Shown: in pieces, positions 18,403 through 28,341 of the stretch
Layout of the letters: the number at the start of each line of letters is the position of its first letter
Numbering within the stretch: the first letter of the stretch is position 1
Source: a virus
Taxonomy: Duplodnaviria > Caudoviricetes
Virus record (IMG/VR): IMGVR_UViG_3300037424_000723
Coordinates: 13,331 to 77,330 of that record
Length of the DNA stretch: 64,000 bases
Reading direction: 5' to 3' (one strand)
Program-made: the position numbers and the translations under genes
The notes under the pieces: generated by a model
Databases searched by the model: none
What the model was told of the DNA's origin: nothing
What the model saw: the letters and a program-made list of their open reading frames with translations, nothing else

Positions 18403-18424
18403 ACTCTACTCACAAAACGGGTAA

Positions 18425-18673
18425 TCAAATCTGACTACCCGTAAACTCAATCGTTTTTAGTATTTTGTCGGCCTGTTCCCTGTCGCCCTCTTTTTCATTC
18501 TCCGGTAACGCAGCGTAAGGCGTATTCATTTGGCGCTGCCATCGCTCGACTTTATCAGCCGGCATTGTCCAGGTGCCATCGGCGTTAAATGTGCCGACGC
18601 TAAACATCCATTTCATCCAATGCGACCAAATTGAATGGCTAATATCTGACAACTCTTCTCTTAATGCACTCAC
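18425..18673 (-). CDS. Small protein with an RyR-repeat-like motif
   Basis: LSDISHSIW...PYAALPENEKEGDREQA. Confidence 0.5.
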   Translation of the reverse strand: MSALREELSDISHSIWSHWMKWMFSVGTFNADGTWTMPADKVERWQRQMNTPYAALPENEKEGDREQADKILKTIEFTGSQI

Positions 18674-18851
18674 TTTACCCTCACCTCTAACCGCTTCTTA
18701 TCCCCACTCACCGTAAACCGCCCATCGGTTAAATCCAGCGTCTTGCCACTTGGGACGGTTACAATCTTGCTCAGGCCATCGGGGGTTAGTTCGATACCCC
18801 AATCGAATATGCTGAGCTTGTCAGTTATAAGCGGCTTAGTGGTTTTATCAC

Positions 18852-19096
18852 TCATAATTCCGACTTCCTCAAATCCATCCCGGTCAACCTGTCAACGCGC
18901 TGTCTAAGTGGCATATCATCTAGCCGTAGACTGTTGAGCCAGGCCGACATATCGCACTCGTAACGTTGCCTGTAAATCGGAAACGAGCGCTTGTTGCCAT
19001 AGCACCAGTAGCAAGTACCGCCATTACGTTTCAGGCTCTTTTGGTCGGCCTTTGTAGTGGCTCATTACACCCTGGGCAGCGCGGGTTATCACTCAT
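18852..19096 (-). pseudogene. Zn-finger gene interrupted by a -1 frameshift
   Basis: MSDNPRCPGCNEPLQRPTK stops at TGA. The -1 frame continues SLKRNGGTCYWCYGNK...SEL and ends on the start of the next gene. Confidence 0.5.
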
Positions 19097-19175
19097 ACCG
19101 TTATTGTAAATCATAATGGATAAAAAATCAATAGCGGGTTATAGGTAACAAGTTTTGGTATTATGTCAGATAGAC

Positions 19176-19203
19176 TTGACATCTATCAAAACTGTGTTAT
19201 AAT
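19176..19203 (+). promoter_or_regulatory. Strong rightward early promoter with an operator-like inverted repeat
   Basis: TTGACA-16-TATAAT with a TGn extension; GATAGA-cttgaca-TCTATC. Confidence 0.8.
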
Positions 19204-19245
19204 TAGATTTATAACTGATTATTAAATAGATAGGAGATTAAATTT

Positions 19246-22200
19246 ATGGGAAAACGAGGGCCGCGCCCTACTGGTAAAAAGTCATACGTCGGCTTATTTG
19301 CTTTTGATTATCCATCTGCGGTTGAAGCTCAGGCTATACAGGAGTTGGTATTTGCAACCCCGGCCAAACGTACATTGTTATCAGGGGAATGGTTTAGAGC
19401 TTGGGCCAGAGAAAAGGGGTTTGTACATTGCCCTAACTGCCTTATGTACTTCTCTCCCTTACAGGATAATTGTTTAAGCTGTGGTCAGATTTTGCAAGCA
19501 AAGGAGCAAACCGATGAGAAAATGTAAATGCGGAAATGAGGCAAAATGGCTAAAGTTAAATCGGCGCTGGCTGTGTGACGCCTGCGCCAAAGAGCAGGGT
19601 TTTTTAGTGCCTTGTCACGGAGAAGCCCACTCAAACCCATTTATTGATAATTGCGGCGTGTGTATGCCGCGTTGGGGATTGGTGGAAGTTAAAAAGGAGC
19701 AACCGAGCAATGAGTAACTTAGACAACGTTAAGGAAGGTGACACTGTAGCCCTTCAAACCGGCTGGCATAGCACCGGCTTTCATTCTGGCATTGCCATCT
19801 ATGAAAAGGCCGTAGTTAAAAAGGTGACGGTCAAAGAAGTAACCGTCAACGGTAAACGTTTCTTGAAGCGCAATGGTTTTTTGTTTGGCGCTGGCAACTA
19901 TCCCGGCCCCAGAGAATTAAGAATCCACGCACTCACCCCTGATATGGAAAAGATCATTAACATCAATATCCTGCTGGTGGCAGAGGACAAAAAGCGCCAG
20001 AGCTATCTAAGAATTATTGAAAACGCCAAGTTCAAGGATTTAGATACCAGCAAGCTGGCTAAATTAGCGGCTATTCTACAGGAGAAAACCGGCAATGAGT
20101 AACCCCCTTAGCTTTATAAAGATACCCGCAAACGGGCTGAAATCTTACTGCAAGCCACAAAGGAGTAAACCAATGAGTAACAAATACTTTTATAAAAATA
20201 TTGAAGGTTCTTACTCAATTCGTCGCCGTGAACCTTCGCACCCTAACGGCTATGTGCATATCTGTTGGGAGTATAGCCTAACAGACGCAAAGGAACATGT
20301 CAAATTACTAAACAAAGCTAATCAGGAGCAAAAATCTAATGAATAACTACGCCCTCCACATCGCTGGCGACACTGCCATTTATCCATACTATTTTCTTGA
20401 GATCGCTATCCATATTGGGATAGCACACAACGTCCACTTTACCGTTGAAATGGTATCACCTGAGATGATAGTATGCTTCTGGCAGCCAGGTATGTCGGAA
20501 GTGGCGTACAATGAGACTTATAAGCGCCATATGGAAGATCAGCAGAGAGCGTTGCAACGGGTGAGGGGATGAAATACACCACTTCGATAACACTTCACAA
20601 GTTTCAAAATCACTGCCAGATTTATCGGTGTAAACGTAATAAGTTTTATGATGGCTTTTCTCAAGCATCACGCTTACGTCTGATAAGAGTCACAAACCAT
20701 TTATCATATCATATTAACCGAGTTGATAGTGATTATATTTTTTGGAGCGATTAAAATGACCACAATCACAACCGCCCGACAAATCTTCTACAACTATCTC
20801 AAACTACCCGTTGACGCGCCCATGCCGGAGTATGTTAGTTTGGGGGATTATGAGGCGCTTAGAACTGCTGCAAAAGAAATGAAAAACGAAGCACAAAATG
20901 TTCTAAACGAAAATGAGATGCTATTGACACTACTCAGGCAATGGGCAGAGATTGGATCATTCCTTCAAACGCGTACATCTATGGCCCATGCCGACAAATT
21001 AGATCAACTTAGAATTGACACTAAAGCGGCATTGGATGTCCAACCGGGCAACAATCCCGGTACTTTAGACCGCGCCGATTAGTGCCATTTGACCCTTATA
21101 ACTCCTGAGCATATCGGCTATACTAGTCTCATAAGTAAATTCACTCAGGAGCAAGTTCAAAATGATTGATACCATAATGCACTACATTTACGATAGCTTA
21201 CTTGACGATTGGAACCTCCCTCATTGGGACAAGCAGACGGCGACAGAACTTGGTTTTACCCTGGCCTTCATAACCCGAATGGCCCATACCGAGGATGAAG
21301 TAACACTGGCAAGTCGTAACTTGAAGTGGAGCTTTTAACAATGACCACCCAACAGCAACGCGAAAATGCTCAACAAATCCGCATGGCCCTACTTGCTGCA
21401 ATGCAAGATGTTGGCAATCCCGATGACGTTATCGAAGTGGATTACCTAAGCGCAGATGATAATATGCCAGCTACGGGTAAGATCAATTTAGCCGATGTGT
21501 GCGGGGGTGTTAAGCGGGTTGACCCCTACTTGAAAATAAGGATGGCCCCCAATGACTGCTTTTACCGATAATGGTTTGATTGCGACTAATGGCAAATGGA
21601 TTAACTGCGCCCAAACTCAACATATGAATACCAGAATCGCCAACACAGGGCTAGGGCCATTTGTCGAATGTAGAACGGGCGACACCGCTGAATTTGAAGC
21701 GTTCTACACTGTTGACCACACACTACCCACTCAGGCTCAATTTGAAACTTTGGTGGATTGGTGTACTGCAATGGGAGAACGATTTGAGGATGTTACCGAT
21801 TGTTGGCGTAAACCCTGGCAAAAGTGGCGGGGTGATGACTAATGCGCCTCACGCTGTACCGACTACTTACCCGGCTTATCATGTGGCTAGACGGCCCAGA
21901 GCCAGGACAGGTGAACTATCAAAATAAGAAATGGAGAGGATGACAAAATGCAATGTGAAGGATGGCGACGAACTGGCGGAGCATTTACGTTTGGGCCGGT
22001 TAAGTGGGAGCAATGCACGAATGATGCCATTGTAACCCTAGAAGTAACACAAGATGGCAAAACAGAGAAAATGCTTGCCTGCCTGAAATGCTGGAATGAA
22101 GCAATTGGGGCTGGTATTAAAATATCAGAGGCATTGCCAGTAGAATTAAAATAGGGCTAGTCCCGCCACCAGACTAGCTCTGAAAGGAGGGGAACGCCCA

Positions 22201-22924
22201 GCAAACCGGGATACGAGAAGCACAAACTAAATCATACAACTGAATACCAATTAAAACAAATCACAAAAAGGATACTTCAAAATGTTACGCAAAATCAAAC
22301 TCGCACTTCACAAAGCGTTCTGTATTAACTGTCAATTTGGAAATCACTGCGGTCGCTGTACCTGCTGTAAAGGGTAATCAAATGTCAACTGCAATCTCAA
22401 AAGAGGATTTAGAAGCATTGGCAAAAGCCTTGAAAGAGGCCAAACCAGAAATCAAAAGTGAAGATACATTCAGGGACGCCTGCAAGGGTATAATGAGTCG
22501 GCAAGCTACAAAGAAGGAACCTCAAGATGTTACGTAGATTATTGGACATCATTTGGGGAACAATCTACTGTATGGATTGTAGTAACCCCATAGGGAGTTG
22601 TGACGGCGAGGACAGTAGCGGGTTATGCTCAGGATGCGCCAGCAAGCGAGATGCAAACGGCGGCAATAGTTAATAACAGCGGCTTAACGCGGAGAGGATT
22701 AAGTAATGACTAAACAAGAACATTTAGACTGGTGCAAAGGGAGAGCTTTGGAATATGTCAAAGATAATGACTTGAGAAATGCCTGGACTTTAATGGCATC
22801 AGACTTAAGTAAACATCCCGAAACTGAAAATCACCCGGGTATTCAACTCGGTATGATGCTACTGATGGCAAACCAACTAAACACCCCGGCCGAAATGGAA
22901 AAGTTCATTAACGGGTTTAACTAA
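19246..22924 (+). other. Cluster of about 15 small early hypothetical ORFs, several Cys-rich
   Basis: Tightly packed ORFs with AGGAG RBSs, e.g. 19246..19527, 19710..20102, 20339..20572, 21552..21842, 22706..22924. Confidence 0.65.
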
Positions 22925-22938
22925 AACAACCGAATAAC

Positions 22939-22968
22939 AAAAGACCCTCGTTAATTGAGGGTCTTTTT
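22939..22968. terminator. Bidirectional terminator between convergent operons
   Basis: AAAAGACCCTC-gttaatt-GAGGGTCTTTTT. Confidence 0.85.
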
Positions 22969-23057
22969 ATTTCCCCTTATCCATGTCATCCAGGATTGTC
23001 ACCAGTAGATAAATGCACACTATCAGGACGACAACTATAAAAACGATACCCGGCATA

Positions 23058-23384
23058 TCACCTCACTATCAGCCAACCGTTAGCCCCCACCAAGTCATCC
23101 CTATTCGTATCCACTAATAATCCCCGTGCTTCCATTTGCCCTTTATGCTCATCGGCCTGACAGTCAACAATCACGGTAGAAAACACACCCTTGCTAGTAA
23201 TGAGCCAACCTTGACGGGCCATAAGATTGCAATTCGACGGCGCTGATAACACGTCAAAATCCCGTGTGCCTTCCCAACCTTTTCGGGCGACAACCGCATC
23301 TAAATCGGCGTAGCTCATCGCACCGGGTCCGTAAATCTGCTCAATTGGCAACAGGAGTAGCAACCCGATTAAGAGGCTAATCAT
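23058..23384 (-). CDS. Exported or membrane-anchored hypothetical protein
   Basis: Hydrophobic N-terminus MISLLIGLLLLLP and a Cys pair (SNC...VDC). Confidence 0.55.
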   Translation of the reverse strand: MISLLIGLLLLLPIEQIYGPGAMSYADLDAVVARKGWEGTRDFDVLSAPSNCNLMARQGWLITSKGVFSTVIVDCQADEHKGQMEARGLLVDTNRDDLVGANGWLIVR

Positions 23385-23704
23385 TCCCGGATAGCGCCAT
23401 TCTAACCCGCTCTAATTTGTCCATTAAAACCTTGACAGATGACTCATTTGCAAATTCAAAACGCAAAAAACATCCAAGTTCATCGGTGGATTTGCCCACA
23501 GAAGATGGATTTTCCTCACCTATCTCGCCCGGCTCTTTTTGCCTAAATGCAATGCCATAATCCAGGCACCCGTTTTCGGGTCTAATTGTGCCTATCTCAA
23601 TATCACCGCTCCCAAATTTTACTACCAATTCACCTAAAATAACCGACATAACACAAAACCTCCATTATTTAATATGCCTAACAATAGGCAGATAAGCGCG
23701 GCTA

Positions 23705-24073
23705 TCATTCCTCCCCCAATAACTTTTCTACCAACTGTATCATGTACATCGCTGAATAGGGCTTTTTTATGAATGTAGTAGCACAAGCCCGCAGTACATC
23801 GCTGATGGCCTGACTATCGGCTACACCAGATAAAACGATAATCGGTAAGGTTGGGTTACTTTGTCGCAAAACAACACAAACTTCCTCTCCCGTTATCTCA
23901 CTCTTACCCAGATCATAATCCAGGATTACCAGCGCCGGCGGAGTTGTCATAGCTGCCTCAATAGCCACCTCGCCAGTATGGGCCAGGACAATGTTATGAT
24001 TGAGTTGCCCCAAAGTGGCCTTTAGAACCTCTGCCACTTGCACCATGTCATCAACGATTAAAATAGTATTCAT
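23705..24073 (-). CDS. Single-domain response regulator (CheY-like receiver)
   Basis: ILIVDD, LVILDYDL (phospho-Asp), PIIVLSG and FIKKPY. Confidence 0.92.
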   Translation of the reverse strand: MNTILIVDDMVQVAEVLKATLGQLNHNIVLAHTGEVAIEAAMTTPPALVILDYDLGKSEITGEEVCVVLRQSNPTLPIIVLSGVADSQAISDVLRACATTFIKKPYSAMYMIQLVEKLLGEE

Positions 24074-24488
24074 CTACCCCCCCGTAGGCTAATTCATCAA
24101 CCTCTAATGCTTCAAATTGTCGAGCCATTCTTTCAATAACTGGCACAATTTCAGTGTCGCCCATCTCATTAGCCCGGCTGATACAAATGCTCTCCGCTGT
24201 ACTGATTTGCATAAAGCGGGTTTCACAATCATCGGACTTCCATTCATCCCGACGCTTACGGGTGGTATTCGTGGCGTCAAGTATGACAGTAGTGTGACCG
24301 GCCAAAAATAGCGCCCGTACCATTGTCTTGGCTACGGCCCAAACAAAAGGCTCCGCTACCGAAACAAACCGCTGGCCGTGAATAGCAAGACGAATCGAGT
24401 CCGGATTGACGATTGGAAACCCCTGCTCTTTAGCCCAGGTGGTTTTGCCCGAACGTGGTAAACCAACTAATAGAATTAAAGTGTTCAT
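24051..24488 (-). CDS. AAA_33 / polynucleotide-kinase-like P-loop protein
   Basis: LVGLPRSGKTTWA, VNPDSIR and VILDATNTTRKRR. Confidence 0.85.
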   Translation of the reverse strand: MNTLILLVGLPRSGKTTWAKEQGFPIVNPDSIRLAIHGQRFVSVAEPFVWAVAKTMVRALFLAGHTTVILDATNTTRKRRDEWKSDDCETRFMQISTAESICISRANEMGDTEIVPVIERMARQFEALEVDELAYGGVDEYYFNR

Positions 24489-24961
24489 TATTCTCCCTTA
24501 ACAATCCTGTCTATCGCTTTATCCAATGCCTCAATTTGTCGCCAGCCACGCGGCCGGCGAGCAACCTCTATCAATACCTTGTCAAACAGATACGGGTGTA
24601 AGTCGGCTATCTGCTGCGCCAATAGCAGGTAATCCAGCCGTTTGTCATCGTAGACCATTGAGGTATCTGCTGCAAGTTCCGCCGAATCCTGGGCGCTCTC
24701 ACTGGCCGCGTCCGATTGCCTGGCAAGTAGGTCGAATAGCTTGGTTAGCACTGATAGCTTGTAATTTTGTAACGTAAGCGCCTGCGAACAGGTAAGCACT
24801 ATCTCGCTAAACTTGGAATGATAGGGAATGTAATCGGAGGCTTGCAGGCGGGCTATGGCATCAGCTAGGGCGGTTATCTGTTGCGCGCTGCGCTGGGCCG
24901 ACCGGGCGACGCGTTGGGCATTGGTGAGGATTCTCTCGACTCTAACAGGTTTGATGCTCAC
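24488..24961 (-). CDS. Helical hypothetical protein
   Basis: 157-aa ORF with a coiled-coil pattern. Confidence 0.55.
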   Translation of the reverse strand: MSIKPVRVERILTNAQRVARSAQRSAQQITALADAIARLQASDYIPYHSKFSEIVLTCSQALTLQNYKLSVLTKLFDLLARQSDAASESAQDSAELAADTSMVYDDKRLDYLLLAQQIADLHPYLFDKVLIEVARRPRGWRQIEALDKAIDRIVKGE

Positions 24962-25542
24962 TGCTCTAATTCCCTAATCTTTTCCTCTAACCCAGCTATC
25001 TCTATTTCTTCTTTTTCAATCGCCCGAATCACATTTACAGGCACGTCAAGGCCATAACCAGCAGCCCTCAATTTGAAGTTGTGGAGCGTATTATTGTGTT
25101 CAAGTAGTAGCTCTTGAGCTTGCAACACTTTTAGCCGTTTGGGATGGCCTAACCGCGCATCCCGAATATCTACGCTGTTTTGGCTCAACAGAGCGTATTG
25201 TGCCTTTTCGCTATCTATCTGGGCAGCGGTTAGACGCCTAACCGAATCGTTAAGCCTTTGGACGGTCTCGCCAAAGCTATCATCAATGGTAACAAGTTTG
25301 GCCGTAGTCTCTGCCTGTTGCGTCATAAATAGCTGAATACGCGATTCGGACCGATTAAGGCGCTCGCGTTCAAGCGCAATCGTTTGGGCCTGTAAATCAA
25401 GCTCACGCGCCCGATTGTCAACCTCTCTGCGCTGAATTGTTAATTCATCATCCTTAAGCCGGTTAGCCTCTGCCGTTACTTTGGCGAGTTCGGCAACCTG
25501 ACTTAATATGTTTGCCGCGTCCTGCTGCGTTCTGTCATCCAA
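24958..25542 (-). CDS. Coiled-coil hypothetical protein
   Basis: Heptad-rich; ends with FKLRAAGYGLDVPVNVIRAIEKEE. Confidence 0.6.
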   Translation of the reverse strand: MDDRTQQDAANILSQVAELAKVTAEANRLKDDELTIQRREVDNRARELDLQAQTIALERERLNRSESRIQLFMTQQAETTAKLVTIDDSFGETVQRLNDSVRRLTAAQIDSEKAQYALLSQNSVDIRDARLGHPKRLKVLQAQELLLEHNNTLHNFKLRAAGYGLDVPVNVIRAIEKEEIEIAGLEEKIRELEQ

Positions 25543-25643
25543 GATACCAGCCCCAAATAAAAAGCCCGTTTAGGGTAGTATATCACCAAACGGGCTATGT
25601 GTCTATGGACTTATGGCAAGATTAAGACTTCTAACTTTTTGAG

Positions 25644-25886
25644 CTATTCATAAAGCACTGTTACAATCTCGTTATGTCGTTTGCTGTAGACCACTATCAT
25701 AACCTTACCTTGATACGTCACCCGATGTAATGATCTGTCCAATGAAGTACGCCGAATAAACTCGGATTTGCCATCCTTGATAAGCTGCCGGATTAGGCGT
25801 GTATCTTGGCTAGTTAGATTAAGTCCGAAGCGTTCATTGGCCCGGCGCTTGGTATGATTGCGGAATTGTCTATCGCGATGTGACAC
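25644..25886 (-). CDS. Small basic protein with a possible RelE-like fold
   Basis: HTKRRANERF...IVVYSKRHNEIVTVL. Confidence 0.45.
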   Translation of the reverse strand: MSHRDRQFRNHTKRRANERFGLNLTSQDTRLIRQLIKDGKSEFIRRTSLDRSLHRVTYQGKVMIVVYSKRHNEIVTVLYE

Positions 25887-26394
25887 TTTTATTTACTCGC
25901 CTCAACTCACTCTGTAGCTTCTTAATCTCACACATCAACTTGGCATTTAACTCAACTTGTGCATTTAGGCGTAGTAAGGCATCGTGATATTTTTGGGCCA
26001 TTGTGTCAAGTTCTTCTACTTCATCGGTGGTCATTCTTCCCTTAACCTTCGCTCCGCTTCATTGTTTAGTCTATTTGCTTCACATTCCAACTCAAACATA
26101 TCAAAACCAGCCGCTTCGCAAACTATCCACAATTTAGCCAACAGAGTACGAGCATCGTCTTTGCCCATCATCACGTATAGGAAAGATTCATTAAAAAACG
26201 GCGCACCGTCACTTTGTTTGGCAAAGTCCTCTGGTAGTCCAGTTACGCATATAAAGTCAGACGGTTTTGTTAATTCAGGAATCCATCTAAGCAAATGAAT
26301 TAAAGCATCTTTAAGTGTCATAATTCCCCCTTTCGCCATAAATAATAGTGATGTTGACAATGTACTATCAGCGCCAGCGGTGGATAAATCGTTT

Positions 26395-27099
26395 TCATTT
26401 TGGATAAGGCAACACGGGCCATTTTAGCGCCTTACGCAGTTCTTTGCGTTGACGCTTGTTACCGAGAAAATAGACGTAACGATGCTTAATAGTCCTTTTC
26501 TCTTTTGTAACATCTAATCCCAGGCTAACCAATTGCTCTATACTTTGTGTTCCATAAATATTAAAAACACCCTTACCGCTTATCCTGTTCCCATTTACCG
26601 TCATTTCGCTAGATGTGCCACCAGGAGAACTAAGGCCCGTATAAATCCAATTAGTAGCCTGATAAATATATCCAGTGTGGTTTTGTCCTTTATCGGCGTA
26701 GCTAACAAATGCTAAATAGTTAGATGGCATCACCTTAAACGATTGTCCAATTAGCCAGCTTTCTCCGTTTCTGCCAACCCAATCAGAAATATAAAGTCGG
26801 TTTAGTTCAAGTGTATTTTGGCGATATTTTTCACCGCATACCCCTTGAACCTCTGGGGCTGGCGGTATACCGTAAGTACAAACCCCTGCTAGTATCCCAT
26901 CAACGAACATACCAACGGCCACAACAATAGATGGCACTCTATGAGCATAATGGTAGGTCTCTACCATCCTAGCCGCTGTCTCGTGATTTATCAACCGTGC
27001 CTCACATCGAGTAACATCCAAAACCGGCATAACGGGATGATCTAAGTCGAATAGGTTAAGCTGTGCCTCTGCTACTTTATATGATTTACGTTTGCTCAT
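26395..27099 (-). CDS. mom: Mom-family adenine modification (methylcarbamoylation) protein
   Basis: YHYAH, GVCTYG, LELNRL, NGESW and VSYADKGQNHTGYIYQATNWIYTG. Confidence 0.88.
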   Translation of the reverse strand: MSKRKSYKVAEAQLNLFDLDHPVMPVLDVTRCEARLINHETAARMVETYHYAHRVPSIVVAVGMFVDGILAGVCTYGIPPAPEVQGVCGEKYRQNTLELNRLYISDWVGRNGESWLIGQSFKVMPSNYLAFVSYADKGQNHTGYIYQATNWIYTGLSSPGGTSSEMTVNGNRISGKGVFNIYGTQSIEQLVSLGLDVTKEKRTIKHRYVYFLGNKRQRKELRKALKWPVLPYPK

Positions 27100-27310
27100 A
27101 GCTCACCTTATCGTTCTCATCCCAACCCTTCATAGTCAGCCATACCGCCGCCTTACCCTTATTGACCAGGCCGGCACGTTGCATCCGGCACAAGTGGGTA
27201 TTGATTGTGTTATGGTTTTGGCCCGTAAGCGCAACGATTTGCGCCTCGGTTGACTTACCACCATTCAGGGCGATTAAGTGAATGATGCGGAGTTGCGTTG
27301 GTGTTGACAT
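27086..27310 (-). CDS. Winged-HTH protein
   Basis: QLRIIHLI...TEAQIVALTGQNHNTINTHLCRMQRAGLV. Confidence 0.65.
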   Translation of the reverse strand: MSTPTQLRIIHLIALNGGKSTEAQIVALTGQNHNTINTHLCRMQRAGLVNKGKAAVWLTMKGWDENDKVSYEQT

Positions 27311-27581
27311 TAGTCACTTTCCACCAGTTTAACAAGGTCAACATTAGGATTATCCGACCGTCGCCAGGCTATTTTCATAGCATCATTTGCACCAAGTACG
27401 ATGTCAAGGATGTTGAGCCACTTTTCACGGTCATCTTGATTTTCCAATGTGATAATTATATCAACACGTCTATCGGGCATTTTGACTACTTCAGCCCTAA
27501 ATTGCTCAATTTGTCTTTGTTCATTGGGAGTTAAAAGTCGCATCAGATTAAACCTCCTTTATATAATTCATATCCAATAAC

Positions 27582-27609
27582 TTGCATGTCTGACATATCA
27601 TGCTATAAT
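27582..27609 (+). promoter_or_regulatory. Promoter for a leaderless HNH transcript
   Basis: TTGCAT-16-TATAAT with TGc extension; ATG 6 nt downstream at 27616. Confidence 0.65.
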
Positions 27610-27615
27610 ACTCTT

Positions 27616-28341
27616 ATGTCAAATCAAAAAATACGTGATTATCATAATAATCGAAGACGACTTATAAAGTTGGGACAATGGATACCAAGTAGACCAGCAG
27701 GAAGGCTTGGAAAAAACATTGTTTGCGATAACTGTAAAAAAGAGTTTTATCGAAGTCCAGCAAATAGAGGGCCAGGTAATCAATATTGCTCTGAAAAATG
27801 CATGTCTGAGGCATTCATAGGTAAGCGTCTCGGAAAAGACCACCCCAGATGGAAGGGAGTAGAAATTAGACCATGTGGAGGATGTGGAAAAGAAGTATCT
27901 AGGCCACCGTGGAGAGCAAAAGGCCGAACAAATTTCTTTTGTGACCAAAAGTGTTTCGCTATATGGAAAGCGGAAAATTACACAGGGAAAGATAACCCAT
28001 GCTGGCGCGGTGGTCATCCTCCCTATTATGGCCCAAACTGGCAACGGCAATCTAGGGAAGCTAGAAAAAGGGACAATCATCAATGCCAAAGTTGTAATAT
28101 TCACGAGGATAATCTTAGACGTGCTTTGGATGTACATCATATTCTACCAATAAGATATTTTGAGGAAGAAAATTACAAAGAAGCAAATAAACTTAGTAAT
28201 TTAATATCCCTGTGTGAGGTATGCCATACTACAGCAGAGCATATATGTAAATATGGTACTATCTCAACATGGAGTGAACTTAAACCACTTCTTTTATCTC
28301 GTATTGACCCGACGCAATCTCGCAATCTAAAAGGTTCTTAA
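27616..28341 (+). CDS. HNH endonuclease with Zn-ribbon repeats, antisense to the surrounding operon
   Basis: CDNCKKEF...YCSEKC, CGGCGKEV...FCDQKC and CQSC...LDVHHI...NLISLCEVCH. Confidence 0.9.
   Translation: MSNQKIRDYHNNRRRLIKLGQWIPSRPAGRLGKNIVCDNCKKEFYRSPANRGPGNQYCSEKCMSEAFIGKRLGKDHPRWKGVEIRPCGGCGKEVSRPPWRAKGRTNFFCDQKCFAIWKAENYTGKDNPCWRGGHPPYYGPNWQRQSREARKRDNHQCQSCNIHEDNLRRALDVHHILPIRYFEEENYKEANKLSNLISLCEVCHTTAEHICKYGTISTWSELKPLLLSRIDPTQSRNLKGS

Noticed and set aside
23058-25542. Lysis cassette
   Set aside because: No recognisable endolysin catalytic motif or holin/spanin arrangement.
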